Virus genome (UHGV): UHGV-1380525
Length of the DNA: 47,960 nucleotides
Strand: one strand, 5' to 3'
Source of the DNA: a virus
Shown: positions 45,815 through 47,960 of the stretch, in pieces
How positions within the stretch are numbered: the stretch's first letter is position 1
Layout: each line of letters opens with the position of its first letter
The notes under the pieces: model-generated
What the model was told of the DNA's origin: nothing
Databases searched by the model: none
Seen by the model: the letters and a program-made list of their open reading frames with translations, nothing else
Made by a program: the position numbers and the translations under genes

Positions 45815-45843
45815 TTTACATAAAAATATTTTGCGTTTATCAT
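45815..45843 (+). promoter_or_regulatory. rightward promoter TTTACA-17-TATCAT
   Basis: Read directly. Gene ATG at 45870. Confidence 0.55.
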
Positions 45844-45869
45844 TCTTCCATAAATTAGCAGGAGGAAAG

Positions 45870-46112
45870 ATGAAAACCATCGCTGAACAAATCAAAGAAA
45901 TGGAAAAGAAGGCTCTCGATGCTCTTATTGAGCACATGGGGGGGCAGGCATCGCTAGCGCGATTCCTTGGCGTTTCTCGTCAATCAGTAAATGAATGGGT
46001 TTCCCGTGGGCGCATCAGCGCAACGGCTGCCATAGAGGTAGATAAGCTAACCAACGGACTTTTTAAAAAGGAAGATTTGCGCCCAGCAGTTACTCAATGG
46101 AGAGCGAAATAA
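45870..46112 (+). CDS. HTH (Cro/YdaS-like) transcriptional regulator, 80 aa
   Basis: QASLARFLGVSRQSVNEWVSRGRIS helix-turn-helix. AGGAGG RBS. Confidence 0.6.
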   Translation: MKTIAEQIKEMEKKALDALIEHMGGQASLARFLGVSRQSVNEWVSRGRISATAAIEVDKLTNGLFKKEDLRPAVTQWRAK

Positions 46113-47960
46113 TGACAGGATACAAGGATTATCACGCCGCCGGATTCCCTGTTATAGGAATCCATCCAATGGATCATGACAGGAAATGTACCTGCGAGCG
46201 GCCAGAATGTGATGCAGCAGGCAAGCATCCCATAATGTCAAACTGGCAATGTGGAATCATATGGGAAGATGACCAACTCGAAAACATGCGTGAGTTTGGC
46301 CAGCTAAACAGTTTCGGCGTTCTGGTAGATGGCTATCTTGTCGTGGATGTTGATCCGAGAAATGGTGGCAATGAAGGGTATGAGGCGCTTTGCGAGGCGC
46401 TTGATATGGAGCTTGCCGATGAATCAGGATTTGTGGTGAACACTGGTGGTGGCGGAAAGCATATTTATTATAAATTGCCAGATGGAGTGAAGCTCAATTC
46501 TCACGACAAGCGATTCAAAGGAATTGACTTTAAGTCTTCAGGCTTCGTGATCGGATGTGGCTCATTCCATAAATCAGGCAACTTTTATGAAGCTGAGCAT
46601 GGCTCTCCGTCATCCATAACAGAGCCTCCGTTGCCACTTATTGAGCTACTGCAACGAGCAGAGCGCGAGGAATTTTCACTCGGCGCCGAATCGTTTTCCA
46701 TGCAGGAACTTCAGGACATGCTGAACCACATTAACTGTGGTGAAGATTATGAGGACTGGATTCGAGTTGGCATGGCAATTCATGAGGCAACAGATGGCAA
46801 CGGATTCGAGTTGTGGGACTCTTGGTCATCGCGCTTCTCAAAGTATGACCCATCTGATATGGATTACCACTGGCACTCATACGGCAAGGGAAATGGCGAC
46901 CGCGTCACTGCTGCTACGCTTGTTCATCTGGCGGAAGAGGGTGGATGGGTTCGTCCAGTTTCATTTCAGGCGTCGCCAGAAGAGATTGCATTGCTTGAGA
47001 AGTTTGAGAAAAAAATGGCGATGGGCGTTGGAGAATGCCCCGTTGATTACAAATCTGTTGATGTGCGTTTCCCGCCAGGGTTCGTCGGCAAGTTGACGGA
47101 ATGGATTAACAGAAACTGTGCAGAAAAAAGGGAATACCTCGCAGCTCTGGCAGCCATCCATGCGGCATCAATCATCTGCGGCGCCTCTTCAGATATTTAC
47201 CTTACCAATCGTAAGGCTGTGCCAAATCTTTTTTCTATTGGCATCGCCGGGTCTGGCTCAGGAAAGGGTGACGTGCTTGCGGCTCTGCAAAAAATTATCG
47301 ACTGCTCAGGTCTCAGCAAGACAGTGGCCGGTAAAATCCGTTCTGAAAGAGCAATATATGAGGGGCTGGCAGCTAATCAGATGTTTAACCTCATCATGGA
47401 TGAGATTGGCATCAAGCTCGGCAGCGTGGTTGGGCAAAAGGTCAGTGAGTACAACATGGCCACGGCTGGCGCACTGATGGAGTCTTACACCGCAGAAATA
47501 CTGTACTGTGACCAGCGCATCACTGATGAATACGTCAAGCAGTTTGAAAAAAGGCTTGGCACTCTTATGATGATGATCGAAGAAAATGAGTTGCAGGCAG
47601 ATCCTGTCGATATTAAGCGTCAGTTTGAAGATGTGATTAGTCGCATAGATGGTGCGATACGAAATCCCTTCTTTTCCATGTTTGGCGTTTCTACTGATGA
47701 CCAGTTCAAAAAACTCATTACCGAAGAGAACATAAAATCAGGTCTCATGGGGCGCGCCATGATTATGCAGGAGCTTCAGGAAATCGCAGACGAAAACGAA
47801 GATGTGGAATACTGCGACCTGCCAATGCCTATGCAAATGACCATAAAAACAATAATAAATGGCACTACTGCTGGTTACAAAAACTGGACAGAATCAATTA
47901 TAAGCAGCAAAGAAAGGCGAGCAATAAAGGCAACGCCAGAGGTTTCAGCAATGGCAAAAG
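46112..47960 (+). CDS. bifunctional primase-polymerase (PrimPol N-terminus, PriCT-like) / D5-like helicase. The 3' end is truncated by the window, or continues into 1..470 if the genome is circular.
   Basis: GKHP...VVDVDPRNGG is the PrimPol DxD motif. WIRVGMAIH is PriCT-like. Walker A GIAGSGSGKG. Open frame to the last base. This ORF is absent from the ORF track because it has no stop in the window. Confidence 0.8.
   Translation, partial: MTGYKDYHAAGFPVIGIHPMDHDRKCTCERPECDAAGKHPIMSNWQCGIIWEDDQLENMREFGQLNSFGVLVDGYLVVDVDPRNGGNEGYEALCEALDMELADESGFVVNTGGGGKHIYYKLPDGVKLNSHDKRFKGIDFKSSGFVIGCGSFHKSGNFYEAEHGSPSSITEPPLPLIELLQRAEREEFSLGAESFSMQELQDMLNHINCGEDYEDWIRVGMAIHEATDGNGFELWDSWSSRFSKYDPSDMDYHWHSYGKGNGDRVTAATLVHLAEEGGWVRPVSFQASPEEIALLEKFEKKMAMGVGECPVDYKSVDVRFPPGFVGKLTEWINRNCAEKREYLAALAAIHAASIICGASSDIYLTNRKAVPNLFSIGIAGSGSGKGDVLAALQKIIDCSGLSKTVAGKIRSERAIYEGLAANQMFNLIMDEIGIKLGSVVGQKVSEYNMATAGALMESYTAEILYCDQRITDEYVKQFEKRLGTLMMMIEENELQADPVDIKRQFEDVISRIDGAIRNPFFSMFGVSTDDQFKKLITEENIKSGLMGRAMIMQELQEIADENEDVEYCDLPMPMQMTIKTIINGTTAGYKNWTESIISSKERRAIKATPEVSAMAK

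Noticed and set aside
1-47960. CRISPR arrays, integrase, CI-like repressor or attP
   Set aside because: No direct-repeat and spacer architecture was seen. There is no tyrosine or serine recombinase motif and no repressor/anti-repressor pair. The genome looks strictly lytic.

Overview
This window reads as a nearly complete genome of a lytic, T1-like (Drexlerviridae-like) siphovirus, about 48 kb, most likely from an enterobacterial host. The taxonomic placement is inference from gene content, not a database search.

Layout, left to right:
- 1-880: a 3' gene fragment (21..470) and one small gene. If the genome is circular, the fragment is the in-frame C-terminus of the primase gene that runs off the right end of the window.
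- 886-1542: a minus-strand paralogue of the primase C-terminal winged-helix domain.
- 1543-2170: AT-rich region with tandem early promoters.
- 2171-5615: early operon of small proteins, including an Ead/Ea22-like protein and a DUF551-like protein.
- 5719-13476: late operon. It encodes a putative small terminase, a large terminase interrupted in its P-loop by a full LAGLIDADG intein, an HslV-like Ntn hydrolase, an HNH homing endonuclease, the portal and a Mu-F-like head morphogenesis protein.
- 14058-15203: lysis cassette of a GH24 endolysin, a holin-like protein, and an i-spanin with a fully embedded o-spanin.
- 16861-18667: middle genes, including a Lar-like restriction-alleviation protein and a double winged-helix protein.
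- 18850-21814: protease/scaffold, decoration-like and major capsid proteins.
- 22955-27874: a structural protein of unknown role (22955..23773), then head-tail joining and tail completion genes (25954..27874).
- 27875-28125: three minus-strand tRNAs (Met-like, Arg-TCT, Ser-GCT), followed by about 630 bp with no credible ORF.
- 28759-40299: major tail protein, chaperone, 972-aa tape measure, minor tail M/L-like proteins, an NlpC/P60 K-like protein, a J-like tip protein and a beta-helix tailspike.
- 40625-45738: minus-strand replication and recombination operon, comprising VRR-NUC, SF2 helicase, a DUF669/SSB-Ct protein, Gp157 and a Sak4-like ATPase.
- 45870-47960: HTH regulator, then a primase-polymerase/D5-like helicase that is 3'-truncated by the window.

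The structural operon on the + strand is interrupted repeatedly by small minus-strand cassettes: 8770-9060, 13529-13959, 15216-16765, 21830-22627, 23806-25741 and 29536-30583. Each of these except 21830-22627 is driven from a conserved divergent promoter module (TTGACGTAGATT), and most are bounded by bidirectional terminators.

The most unusual content is:
- a ParB-like nuclease operon ending in a truncated, 1.5-domain beta-sliding-clamp (DnaN) homologue;
- an orphan micro-ORF that duplicates the SSB C-terminal acidic tail (DFDDDIPF);
- a phage HslV/proteasome-like protein;
- five homing-endonuclease-type elements (four HNH genes plus the intein).

No integrase, repressor or CRISPR array was seen.
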